The notes beneath the pieces were generated by a model. That model searched no databases and was not told where the DNA came from. It saw only the letters and a list, made by a program, of their open reading frames with translations. The position numbers were made by a program, and so were the translations under genes. Below, piece by piece: positions 1 to 12,550 of a stretch of 64,000 bases of DNA (position 1 is the stretch's first letter; each line of letters opens with the position of its first letter). The stretch is from positions 116,498,001 to 116,562,000 of the forward strand of contig NC_059427.1 of NCBI RefSeq assembly GCF_021028975.2, read 5' to 3'. This DNA comes from Sphaerodactylus townsendi (lineage: Eukaryota).

Positions 1-300
1 CTGGAAAAAGAAAAATGGACAATGGTATTTCTGTGACTTGGAACAGAAACAACTATGGGCATGAACGAAGACATAGAACGTGGGACAACAGTGTGTCACA
101 GAGAATTCATAGGGAAAAAGAGTATTTTGGGTATGGGAATACCAGTTTTAAAGTTGTAAGGAATGAGTCCTAAAGACAGGGTAAAATAGGAAATGCAACA
201 TATTGCTGGTTCTTTTAAGAAGATAGGTATCATAAAGTTCTACTTCATCATATTCTTTCATTTTTCACCAAAAGCAGAATGCTCTTCATGCACACATTAC

Positions 301-444
301 CTTGTTAAGGTTTAGTACCTGGAAGAGCTCCTTCTGATTCTGCTGGAAAACTCTGACAGCTTCTTCTGAGGTTATGCAATTTTCACAAGCTAGGCAGTCA
401 CTGAGGAATATTTTTGCATTAGCCAATTTATGGAATTCACTTTT
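301..444 (-). CDS. NARF: NARF coding exon 3 (iron-only hydrogenase-like protein); gene continues beyond left edge
   Basis: Translates KSEFHKLANAKIFLSDCLACENCITSEEAVRVFQQNQKELFQVLNLNK; ttttcag acceptor, AAG|gtaatg donor; 144 nt; CLAC..C motif as in human NARF. Confidence 0.96.
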
Positions 445-859
445 CTGAAAATGAAGAACACCAACAAAAAAACTTAATAAAAATGCAACAACACTCTGTT
501 AAGCTGCGTTATTCAAAAATGCCATGCTAAAAAATTGTGGCTGGATAACCAGGTGTCAGCAGTTGGTACTGCCTGGAACGAAGACCTAGAGGTGAAGGGC
601 TTGGAACTGCTGGAAATTTCTGCATATACATTCCCTGTTCTACTTCCAAAACACCCCCTAAAATTCTGTCTCTGGGAAGAAAGGGAACCAGGAAGAGTCT
701 GGGGTAAGAGCCAGAGATTTGAAGCGGGGAGGGCGAATCAATAAAAATCATTCCCTTCCCTTCATGGAGGAACCCTCTCCGAAATCCAATCCAATGAAAG
801 AATGAGGTTTTGATCAGGGAGTGATTTACAAGTCCTGATCACAGACAATATTGAATTTA

Positions 860-1050
860 TTTACTTAATCTACTTTCTCCCCCAATGACGTGGCTTACAT
901 GGTTCTCCTCCATTTTATCTTCAGAACAAACCAAGTGAGGTACATTAGACTGAGAGTACGCATCTTGCCCAAAATCATCCAGCAAGCTCCCATAGCAGAC
1001 TGGGGATTCAAACCTGGATCTCCCAAATCCAAATCCCACACTTCCACCAC
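860..1050 (-). mobile_element. Older CORE-SINE copy (others at ~10140-10380, 20665-20795, 28365-28510, 48505-48690)
   Basis: ggggattcaaacctggatctccc antisense B box and CORE remnants. Confidence 0.6.
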
Positions 1051-2701
1051 TGCAATATAGTGACACTCCTCAAAGGCCATGGCAGATTGATTTTTCAATC
1101 AATCTACAGTTGTACGATGTCTAGATTTTGATCAACATGTCTCTTTAAACTTCCTAAATAAACATTTTGGTGCCAACTTTTTAGCCCATTTTTCTCATTG
1201 TTTTCAGAGAACGACTACCATTAAATCATGGTCAAATTATTTGGAGCTCTACTATGAAACACTGTGGAGTACTTGTATTTCTGGAGGCAAAATGGTGCAG
1301 AATAAGGGACATACCATTACACAAGACAGGATTGCTAGCAAGTGGTCTCTGGGTTAGATGTGACTCAGGAATAAAGTATATCAAGCCTGCAGTGGCCCAA
1401 TCAGGCTTAACTCAATGTACTGTTAAAAACTGCCCTTAGGTATCACCCAAAATATTGCTTTTGAATTACGTGAGAGTCAAGACATACTTAACATTTTAAT
1501 GTTACATTCTGTTATGATTTATGCACACAATGTTCTAGCCATACCCCTCTGCACGTACTCTGTAAATATGACTCTCTTAAGTGTTGGAAAAATACCATGA
1601 AGAATGTGTATCCTATCACCTCTATGGAGCAGTACTTTTCAATATCCCCCTCCGGTCTAGCAAAGTCCACTGAGCTCTTGGGGCAGGGGGTATCAGCAGA
1701 CTTTCAGGAGCTGCAAAAGGGAAAGGAGGAGCCAGCGCCACCTGAAAGCCTGGCAATATTTATTTCAATATAAGCTTTCATGTCACAGCTCACTTCCTCA
1801 GACATGCAGTAGATTCAGAAGGAAGTTGCTATAAATTCAATGAAACTTATGCCCAAGTAAGATAGAATCAGACTGCAAAACTGTGCTTTTGTGTCTGACA
1901 AATATTAAATTTATACTTGTTAGAAAGACAACTATGTTAAAAATGTCAATCATGTTAACTTCTTAAATAAAATTTGTGGCATATTTTACTCTTATTCCCT
2001 AGAAGTAAGCCTTCCTTTCTCCAATTACCATTTTTTAAAAATAGTGTGCATCCACTATCAGAAGTCTGAGTAACCATGATATAGATTAGTGGCTCCAAAC
2101 CTGGAGTAAGTGTACCCCTGGGGTACGCCCCACCACATTTGGGGGTACGTGAAAAAAGTACATAATGGGTTTGCTAATATGGGGGCACTTGGATCCAGTA
2201 AATGGCATCTGGGAATTTCTGCCTTCATTGTTACTTTCCCCCCTCTTGTTGCAGCCCAAAATGCCCCAAGGGGACTCCACCTACAGAAATGTTCCACTAG
2301 ATCTCAGTCTAGGATCTCTTAGCAAAGACTTCTGCCTATCTGAGCAGACAGTGCTCAGCCAGATGCACCAATGGTCAGAACAGATATAAAGCAGTTTCTG
2401 TTAAGTTCTGTAGCAGTTACACCATATGGAATGTATCATTTGTTCTGGTTTCATAAAGCCCATATGAGTGTATAATGTTTTCACAAACCAGCAGTGTATA
2501 AGGAAACAAAACAGAATGGCTCCAATGTAGAAACAGTGAGCCATAATGAAGGCAGCAATCCAATGCACATTCACTTGGGAGTATATAAGTAAACACTTAT
2601 GAATACATTATATATCTTATTGAGGCCAGTGGAATAAATTAGGCATTATTTACATTTGAGTCAGGTCAGCATGATTTAGATTAATAAAAATGTGTTATTA
2701 C

Positions 2702-2782
2702 CTCTTCATTTTCTTCATCTGAATTGAGAACATCAGCTCGCATACTTTGTTGTTCATCATTTTTCGGTTTTTTACTACATTC
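2702..2782 (-). CDS. NARF: NARF coding exon 2
   Basis: ECSKKPKNDEQQSMRADVLNSDEENEE; tttcag acceptor, GAG|gtaata donor; 81 nt, phase 0. Confidence 0.93.
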
Positions 2783-5700
2783 CTGAAACATTTAATAGCC
2801 TTTAGTGATAAAACAAAGTACTGTACAATACAGGTAAATGGGCAATGGAAAAGTATCTAACAGTCCAATCCTGATGACCGATGGAGGAGGGGCCAGTGTG
2901 CCAGAGGCAGTACCGCACCGTCTCCAACAAGCTTCCCAGGGTGGAAGCCAACCAATGTCAGCTCCACCAGCGGGAACACCCCTGCCATGGGTGGGTGGGG
3001 GAGCCCTGACATGAGGCCAGGTGCTGTGGCCAGTTGTTGCAGGGCGCCCCAGGAAGGACATTTCTGCAGGTGTAGATTTATGCTGCCTCCAGAGGGGGAT
3101 TCATGCCCTTCCCCCCAAAAAATTGGACATAATGTCATGTGCTAGATAAATAAATAGGGACAAAACAATTAATACAAATAAAGGAACAGGAAACCTTGCT
3201 ATGTAGTACATAGATTTCAACCACTTATTAGGTTACCTAGTTGTGGCTGCTGTGAGGCAAACCCCTGTAGTCTAGCCTTGGAAGATGTAGGAATTAAGGA
3301 TCTAACAACTATCAGTCACAAAGCTCATTGGGTACCTCTGGCCAAGTCCCTATCTGCCAATCTACTTTATAATGATAAATTAAAAACCCCTAAACTATAT
3401 ATAAACTCACATATATACCCATTATGATCCCATATACTCAAATGGCCTGAGGCTCAGGGAGGGAAAAGAAAGTCAAGAAAACAACAGGCAAACTGTAGAA
3501 TGGACAGCAGGGTACAAAATCAATTTGGTAATCAAGGAGAGGCATTTGGAATATAATTAAGAGCTCTGATGCATCTCATTTTGCATGGAATTAGGCTGTA
3601 AATACACTCCTTCTTGATTAAGAAATTTTAAAAAATTAAAAGAAGCAAAAACCAGTCTTGTTTTCTTTGCGGAATTCTTAATGACAAAAGAAAGTTTCCT
3701 AATGGAATCTGTTATTTGATGTGCCCCTGTCTGTGTAACTATTCCTGAGTAACAATATAAATTCAAATCACCCAAAGTATGGTTCTCTCAACGTGGAGCT
3801 TCTGTGCTCTTAAGCAGATTAACAAACTGGTCGGGATGGTGCAACATGTAGAGTTTAAAGCGGGACACACAATCAAGCTGCTACATGCCCAGTACATTCT
3901 TTCAAAGCAGTACCACACACATACTGTTTGTGAATAAATAGGGATCTTCAGAGCCCACCAGAAAGGCAAATCCACATGATGCTATGCTGGGAATCTGACT
4001 TAAGGTAAAAGAGAGAAAGCAAGAGTATATTCTGGGAAGCAGTGGCAAAATGCCCTCTCGCACTGTATGTCTAAAAAATACTCCACAATTTCCCAGACAT
4101 ATGTTGCATGCTGAACCACACAGAGGAGACTGGAAGAGCAGTGCAATGCAGTCCTAAGCAGTAATATCTCTCTAAGACACTTGACTTCAATGGAAACAGA
4201 AGGGTGTGACCTGCTGTGGGGCTGGATCCATACTAAATTGGCCATTTCTATCACTTAACCCTTCCTGCTGCAGCCCCTTCTCATGTTGTTCCTCAAGGTC
4301 CCCTAACCTCCAGAAACAAAATTTAGGCAGACCTTCCACGGGGGAATCTGGGGACAAAATCCCCGGGCGGCTGTCTTTCAGTCACATGGACCCCCCTGGA
4401 AAATCGCCCCCCACACTTCTAGCCTGGTGGGCATGCTCCGTGCAGCGGGTCAAGGCAGAGGGGCGCAGTGTGCACAGGCACAGGAGTGGAGGTGAGTGGG
4501 AAGGAAGCGGCGCAGACTAGCCGCACTGGAGCCTGGAGGCGTTGCACAGGCTGGCTAACAAGCAGGTGCTGCTGGCCGCCAGGCTGAGCGAGTGCCAGGC
4601 AGGAGGGGTGAGCTTCAGGCCCCTGTGCAGTGCGAGTCAGTGCCCCCTCCTTGGGCTTGAGCATGGGCTGGGGGGAGGGGTAGGCGTCGGGCATTTCTTT
4701 GAGAAAAAGGAAGCCAAATTTAGGAAAGTCACTGCCCTGTAGCTCCACTTTAGAGGCACGTCTTGTTCTCATTATACATGTAACAGTATTTGAATGAAAA
4801 GTGTGTTTGTACTGGACGGGGGGGGGGGGGGGACCAAAAAAACTGAGTGCACTTTTCCACAACCTTCATTCCCTTCACCCTGTCTTCAGTGGGGCTCTTC
4901 CCCATTCCCTCTCTGTGTCCTGGACAAAGAACTGGCACCAAATGTTTGGCATCAGAGGGGTAAGGTGGGCTGGAGCAGCAACTGCTATCAGTGGGATCAG
5001 CACTGGTGAGTGGGGGCTGGGGGAGTGGGGAGGGGAGGTTCCAGTTCTCCTCCATGTGGGGGTAGGAGAACTGCCAGGTGCTCCTCTGCTGGGTTCTTTC
5101 TCTCCTCCTTTCTTTCTCTCCCCTTCTTTCATTCTCTCACCTTCTTCCTTCCATTCCTCCCTCCCTCCCTTCCAGATCTCATTCTCCCCCCACCCCCCGG
5201 TGTCCTTGCATGTCCCAGTTCATTGTAGGACATGTGTTCTGTGGATTCTTTACCAAAGGAATCTCCATTGCCTTTTGTCATTTGTAACAATTTATAGAAT
5301 AATACTACTGCCTTTATCACACTCCTGGTCATGGTTGGGGAGGGCAGCTGCCCATACGGGGGGTGGGGAGGCACAGAAAACTCAGAATTTTTTGCCCTGG
5401 GCTCCATTATCCCTAGCTATGCCTCTGGCACAATTTCATGGAAATCAAAGGGCTGCAGGGAAAGGGGAAATGCAGGAAGGTCCCATTCCAGTGATGTAAA
5501 ATTTAGTCTGGATCCAGCTCTAAGACTGCACTTTGACAGCAAGAGCCTTACTCTGTAAAGGATGCCCCTTTCAGAATCCTGCAGTAGAATAACTTAACCT
5601 ATCGAAGTGCCTAAACAGTAACTGCAAAGCATTTCACATATTACAGGACAATACAGCTCTTTCCCTCAGATATACAATATTGAGAAATCCAAAACAAAAG

Positions 5701-6094
5701 GCATATATCCAGGCATTTTATTTTTTCAGAACTTTCACTTATGTCAGAATCTTTTGAAAGTCTATTTTGCAATTTTTTTGCTGTCAAATCATCACTGACA
5801 TAGTGACCTTGTAGGGTTTTCAAGGCAAGAGACATTTGGAGGTGGTTTGCCATTGCCTGCCTCCACATCCTGTCCCTAGTACTCCTTGGAGATCTCCCGT
5901 CCACATAGCAGCCAGGGTCAGGGCTGAGAGTATTCAACTGGCCCAAGGTCACAACTACACCTGTCTTTATTTTGCAATATGGCATATTAAATTTAATGGG
6001 ATTTACTGCTCAGGTAGGATACATAGGATTGCAGCTGTCAAGCTAATGTTATGAATGTTTATTCAGAAACATAATTCACAAGAAAATTACTCAC

Positions 6095-6121
6095 CTTTTT
6101 GGTGCAGTTTTCACACTTCAT
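6095..6121 (-). CDS. NARF: NARF first coding exon (ATG at 6121); exon probably extends as 5'UTR to acceptor at 6234
   Basis: MKCENCTKK|gtgagt (human MKCEHCTRK); pyrimidine-rich tttcag acceptor at 6235-6236. Confidence 0.93.
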
Positions 6122-6559
6122 TTGAAGGTCTTTGTATTACTGTCTTTGGTGTGCTGGGTAAAACCTGCTGGTTCTCATATATTTGTATCAAAGAGATCGA
6201 GAAGAGGAAAACGCTGCCTAGACAGTCCAGCTCCCTGAAACAGTAAAGGCACAAATACAAAAAGGAGTGGTCAGAATCCTTTATTGCTATCATGGCCTTT
6301 CATCCTTCATATAACTATTCTCCTTTGTGACCAAAGCATTCTGCTTCAGCTGCCAATTCTTCCTGTAACTGGGTAAGTCTTTCAGGATCAGGCATTTCAA
6401 AAGTGGGATGGTTCTAATCTAATCTAGTGTTACAGAACTGACTAATCAGCAAACGTCTGCTTTCAACTCACAAGAGACAGAAATACCGTAGCATACCAAA
6501 ACATGAGCAATTCTGATCTTTAGCTCCAATTATACATATTTTACGGTACCACAAGTAGA

Positions 6560-6966
6560 TATAAGAACATAAGAACATAAGAACAAGCCAGCTGGATCAG
6601 ACCAGAGTCCATCTAGTCCAGCTCTCTGCTACTCGCAGTGGCCCACCAGGTGCCTTTGGGAGTTCACATGTAGGATGTGAAAGCAATGGCCTTCTGTGGC
6701 TGTTGCTCCCGAGCACCTGGACTGTTAAGGCATTTGCAATCTCAGATCAAAGAGGATCAAGATTGGTAGCCATAAATCGACTTCTCCTCCATAAATCTGT
6801 CCAAGCCCCTTTTAAAGCTATCCAGGTTAGTGGCCATCACCACCTCCTGTGGCAGCATATTCCAAACACCAATCACACGTTGCGTGAAGAAGTGTTTCCT
6901 TTTATTAGTTCTAATTCTTCCCCCCAGCATTTTCAATGAATGCCCCCTGGTTCTAGTATTGTGAGA
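6560..6966 (-). mobile_element. CR1 LINE 3' end
   Basis: ORF2 C-terminus TRGHSLKMLGGRIRTNKRKHFFTQRVIGVWNMLP...FKRGLDRFM; tandem TTCTTATG tail. Confidence 0.92.
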
Positions 6967-8239
6967 TAAATATATGCATAGCAACTTGCAAATAGCATGT
7001 ATGTATACAGCTTCAAGGTAAACATTTTAGCTACTGTATACCTTAATAGAAGATGGCTGTATACCTTAATAGAAGATGGCTTAATAGAAGATGACCAGGC
7101 ATTCAGGGACAGGTGTGTGTATGTGTGCATGAGAGATGGCCTTGGAGACATACAGTACAGCTAACTTTCACAACATAGGCTGGGGGATCCTAACTGATAA
7201 ATATCTATAGAAGCCTGTTGCTAACAATTACACATTACCAGTTGGTTCCTTCTAAGAGTTGATGCTCCAAAGGAACAACTAGGCCTCTTTCATCTTCAAA
7301 ATGCTATACTAAGAACAAATGAGTAAGTTTGCAATATATCTTCTATCAGGGCCACAGAACGCAAGAGATGCCCTTCATTTCAGAACACACAGTGCCAAAT
7401 TGAAGAAATCCCAGTTCAGCAACATCCATAATTTGGAAACACCAGGCAGCGGTAACGAGCCATTAGCCAAAACTAATTTCTTATCTGTACTTGGTGCCTG
7501 GAATCTACACCAGCCAATCACACCCATACTCACTGGGCAGGGCTTAAACCCACACTTCTTTTTAGAGGCATTTAGGAGTCAAATGCACTTCATTAAGAAA
7601 CTGTGGCCACTGTAGAGAGTACCATAAAGATAGGATTCAACTGTTTTTAATAAAGTGTCTGTACTTCTGTGGAAGGCTTCCCAGCCCAGTTTGCAAGTGT
7701 CTAGAGTCTAGACCCACCTGAAAATCAATACAAGGTTTACTACACCAAACCTGACACAAGGGGTGAATGCACTTGGATTTAGAAACGCAGAATAACCCAA
7801 CCTACTTATTTTCTTAACAAGAGGAGCTATTCCTGTTCCCGTAACAAATGAACAGATCCTCATGGAAATCAACGGCATTTCGACACGTCTGTATAAGACA
7901 CTTCAGCCTGTGCTGCAGAGCTTTACAATTACTTGGAAGTAACTGTAAGACACAGATGTTTCAAGCATACTCAGCAGCACAGTTTATGTATCCCAAGTAA
8001 GGACACGACCCCTCCCCCTCCAGCATCAAACCAGAAACAGCTCTCCTGTATCTTGTGAGGTCTCTGCTTAAACATTTAAGGTGCCTTTTAAAAAATAACA
8101 GCCAAACCTGGTACACTTTATCTCCGGGATTACACAAATGATAACGTGTGTGTGGCAATTGGAGGGAGTTCTGAATTTTGATCCTTTGGAATTGCAGACA
8201 TACATTCAAAACACTCTTCAACATTTTTTTTGCAAGCTC

Positions 8240-8830
8240 CGCATAAAACTAACGATGAACAAATCTTACTCTCGCGACCGCAAGTCATTATTTCGCCTCT
8301 GCAGATGCAGAATTAAGAAAGCGGAAAATAAGCCACCTTAAAATAGGCACCCGGACGTGCAAGAGCAAGCTGCGGCAGCTGCCGCCGCCGCTGCAATTCA
8401 ATTCGTGCAAAGGAATTAAAGGGAAGCAAAGCCGACACAGTACCTTGAAGCATAATTCGCTTAAGTCACAAATGGCATCACTAGATGAAATGAAATAGCA
8501 CCGCTGCTAGAGACTGATGCACGCCGCTATCACCATTTAAAAGCAATCCAGAGCACAAGTAACGGGGTCCTGAACGGCTCCAAAGGAGGACACGACCTTT
8601 CTTTCTTTTTTCCTCTTATTTTGGGGGTAACCTTGTTTCTCCTCCCTCCGCCCCTGCCGTTTGCAAGCGTTCATTGTAGACCTGAGAGCTGTCACGTAGT
8701 CACAAGCGTTTGGTGGAAGTGGGGGAGACAGCGCCTCCCCGCGGAAGAGAAGCGAATGGCAGGCGATATCTTCAATCACCATGCGGTGTTTCCGAAAAAA
8801 AGAAGCAGATGATGCTCCGAGGAAAGCCAT
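8240..8830 (-). promoter_or_regulatory. NARF: CpG-rich region, probable NARF promoter and non-coding first exon
   Basis: Local CpG enrichment, GC box at 8648-8654, RCGTG cores at 8355 and 8693, candidate minus-strand donors after 8444 and 8632. Confidence 0.55.
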
Positions 8831-9102
8831 TCTCCAAGATTATATTCCATTTAAAATACACATAAACTACTTACAGCTTGGTTGTTGTGGGTTTTCCGGG
8901 CTGAGTGGCCGTGGTCTTGTAAATCTTACTTACAGCTTCATTATTTATTTATTTATAATTAGTTTTCTATACCGCCCCTCCCCCGAAGGGCTCTGGGCAG
9001 TGCACAATATAAATAAAGCAACAACAGATGAAGCACACGGACAAAATACAAACTATAAATTAAACAATATAGGCTCCATTAGCCATAACACTATTGTTTA
9101 TC

Positions 9103-9243
9103 GGCCCCTTCCGCACACGCAAAATAATGCGTTTTCAAACCACTTTCACAACTGTTTGCAAGTGGATTTTGCTATTCCGCACAGCTTCAAAGAGCACTGA
9201 AAGCAGTTTGAAAGTGCATTATTCTGCATGTGCGGAATGAGCC
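9103..9243. mobile_element. Harbinger-like MITE
   Basis: ~38-bp imperfect TIRs ggccccttccgcacacgcaaaataatgc / gcattattctgcatgtgcggaatgagcc. Confidence 0.7.
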
Positions 9244-9284
9244 TTGGTTTTTTTTAATTAAACTCGTCTTACCTTCTGGCCTTT

Positions 9285-9510
9285 CCATGCGTGTTAAGTG
9301 CCCTCAAGTTGCTTCCACGGCCCTATGAACTAATGACGTGCACCCCTCTCATTCCCCACGTCCTATCCTTAACAGCCTTGCTCAGGCCATGCAAACTGCA
9401 GGTCGGTACGTCTTGACTGACTGAATCCATCTCATGTTGGGTCTTCCTCTTTTTCTGCTGCCTTCAACTTTTCCTGGCATTACTGTCTTTTGCAGTGACT
9501 CCATTCTTAC
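9285..9510 (-). mobile_element. RTE/BovB-like LINE 3' fragment
   Basis: ccatctcatgttgggtcttcctctttttctgctgccttcaacttttcctggcatt resembles recalled antisense BovB/RTE 3' region. Confidence 0.65.
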
Positions 9511-11499
9511 TCTAGCCAGTCACTAATATATTTATCTTGGATAGCAACTTGTTATAAATAATGCTTCGATTATAAGATATATATCCTATTCAGAGCATGG
9601 GGTAGAATTAGAGGACATGGGACAAACATTCATGAGTTTTAATGTATTGTTGAAGGTTTTAATGAGTTTATTGTTCTCCATCATTTGCTCTGCGTAAGCC
9701 AAAACAAAAACTTATTTAACATTTGCTTTTGATTTTTTAAAATCATCACAAAAATTGGAGCAGATCATCACAATATCTCTAGCCTTTGATCTAACATTTC
9801 AGATTACTCTTTCACAAAGAGTTGCCAGATCCCTGGATGTCTGATGTGCCACATAAGGACGTTTGATGTTCCATATAACGGATGCTTGATGTCCCACATA
9901 AGGATTTGTATTTATATTAGTATTTCTTCATTTGCCTTTTGTGGCTTCATTGTCCATGTATCCATTTATGACCAGTTACCATGGGATCACTCTTCCGATA
10001 GAACAGGCTATTTTTTATGTGGTTAAGAGCTTAAACAGGGGCTAAAATAAGCTGTTTGTCTTCCCACCACAATTCCAGAAGGTGGTGCCAGGAGACTATT
10101 TCTATACCTTATAGCCTTAACTGAAATTTTGTTTTTTTAATTTAGATATTTATACCATCACTCCCCCACCCCCGCCAATGGGGACCCAAAAAATTTACAA
10201 CATTGTCCTCCTATCCAGGCTGTCCTCCATTAAACCAGCTTGAGAGTGTGACTCAAGGGCACCAAGCAACAATCCTGTTAGGCCAAACTGGCAGTACGTT
10301 TGCCCAAGGACACCCAGCGAGCTTCATGGCATAGTCAGATCCAAACCAGGATCTTTCAGACCCTAGTTCAATACTCTATACTGGATGGTCTGATCAAGCC
10401 CAGAGAAGTACTGTTATTTTTGGAATCTATGTGATAGGGTGATAGGTATTCAGCTTATGTTAGGTGTTTGGCATTACCTTGAAAGGTTTGAAGCTGAGGC
10501 ATGCTTTTGGATCCACCCTCTGCACTAACATGTGTAGGCTACACCTTCTGAAGTCTAATGGGTGGCCACTAGAGACAGGGCTTTTCAGCAGTGGCACCAA
10601 GAATATGGAGCTCCTTCCTCCCCTCCCCCCCCCAACCAGATAACTTTCCTGCACTGGGACACACTTGAGATTATTTATTGCCTAGTTTGTTAATGCTCAT
10701 TTTGCTTTTTAGGATAGGTTTAACAATCTACTAATTGTATTTACCTTTTAAATTGTTTATGTCAAGATATGTTTTCATATACATATAATACACATAAACC
10801 AGCCACAAACAGGAAAGATTCTTCCTGAAAAAATCTAGAGCAGGTCTTTGCACTAATGTAGTTAAGCATGATTAATCATCTGAAATGAAGGCCCCTGGGC
10901 ATAGCAGAAGTGTTCAGTCATTCCTGTTCCAGAGCACTTTGGTTGCATTCCACTCTGGGGGCTGTCACTCCAGTCCCAGAGCACAGCCTTTAGTCCTATC
11001 ATTCTACAGTACGGATTTTAATTCAAGGTCCAGAGCAGTCTAATGAGCCCAGAAGTCCATTTTGCCAGCTGGTATTCCAGACCCAGGTTTCCCAAAACCC
11101 CTTCCGTCTTTTCGTTATAACTTTTGTGTGCTTTAATGTTTTCAAATCGTGAGCGCGCAAATCAATTGTCATTCCTGGAATCTATTACATCCAATGGAGG
11201 GTTGTACATCGTGCCTCTCCGATTATTTCAAGTGGGCATTCTTGTCGTTCGTTTTAGTACACTGTGCGTTTCTGCATTTCCTTCTGCTACCTGAAAAAGC
11301 AAAATAGCTTTGATTGCTATTCTCCTTGCTTAGTTCAAGCGACATCTTTGCTTTTGGTTTAAAAACCCTATTATTACGAAATCAGACGCTTTTTGATGAC
11401 GAAGACAGCCACGTTCCAATAGTGTCCTATGAAGACTAATTCCCCGCCATCCCCAAGAGGAATAATTGAGATGCCCAAACCAAATATGGCTGATCAACA

Positions 11500-12550
11500 T
11501 GCAGGGAAATAGTGATAGTTGGCGACGGCTGCAGACTGAATGATTCAGTCTGCGCGTCCGTGCGTGTTGCAGCATGCCTCAGGTTAAGAAGGCAGGTTCG
11601 GAAGTTTCCTTTTGTTGCAGTTCTTCGAAATGGTCACTACACCCCCTCCCCCTGCCAGTTGTTCCCTTTCCCGTGGACGTCGATGCTTGGGGAAAGTAGC
11701 AATGCAGAAAGTAGCAATGCAGACAGGCTGCGAAAGTGAAAGTGCCGCGTCAATGCCCCCTACCGTAGAATGCAGAAAACGAGCTACAAAACGAGCTCAT
11801 GCGCTAGATCAGCATTCTTTCCCCTTCCATGAAGATGCAGACTTGATAAACCTCTACCTGCTACACAGACTTTGAAAACAAAGTCCATAAGGACCCCGCC
11901 CTTATGGACCACTCCAGGTTCCAGGGGGAACCGTCTCTGATTTGCATAAAAAAATACATTGTGACGTGACGGCTTGAGGAATTCTCGTTGCTTGCTACGC
12001 CGGTTTTCTGCCTGCACATCAGGAACATAACGGCACTTTCTCAGCGGTGAGCCTCCACGCGCAGTCCGAAGCGGTGCAATCCGTTCAACTACACCTCTTT
12101 CCTTTGCAAGTGTGAGGCCGGCTGGTCTGTCTCCCAAAACGTTTAGACTTTATTGATGAACTGGACATCGATTGTATATATTAGATATCAACTTCTGACC
12201 ATCCTGCTGCCTCGCCGCCCACCCTGACACTCACACACAAGCCCCTTCCTATTCCAAGGAGGAAGCAGGTGCATCCAGGCGGTGCTTGTGGATTTCTTTC
12301 TCCGTAAAACATTTATGTAGCCCTTTATAACTCTTGCCCCGCGTGAGAAACATACAGTCGGAAGCGGAAATGACATTGTAAAGCAAGCTTATTTCTCCCC
12401 CCTTGGTTTCCCCCCTCCTTGGAACTCTGGAACTACTTTTGAAAAACTCTATGGTTGAGTGTGAAGGAAGGACCTCTGCTTTAAGTGTATTATTATCATT
12501 GAAGCATCGCTCCCCTCTCCCAAGGTGTCTGGAAAAGGATAACTTAGGTA
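11500..12550 (+). promoter_or_regulatory. CYBC1: CpG-rich CYBC1 promoter and non-coding first exon(s)
   Basis: CpG enrichment; GAAAGTGAAAGT 11732, GC box 11894, ATTTGCAT 11940, TGACGTGA ~11962, GGAAGCGGAAAT ~12360; donors CG|GTGAGC (12046) and AG|GTAAGT (12547). Confidence 0.65.

Noticed and set aside
3557-3775. Extra NARF exon
   Set aside because: Exons at 6095-6121, 2702-2782 and 301-444 already give a contiguous NARF N-terminus; this ORF shows no similarity.
4801-5499. 232-aa ORF and other long ORF-track entries (45369-45975, 62407-62850)
   Set aside because: Low-complexity or repeat-derived translations with no recognisable domain or splice context.
11935-12400. snRNA-type gene suggested by octamer and ACTACA motifs
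   Set aside because: No recognisable PSE or snRNA body; better explained as the CYBC1 promoter.
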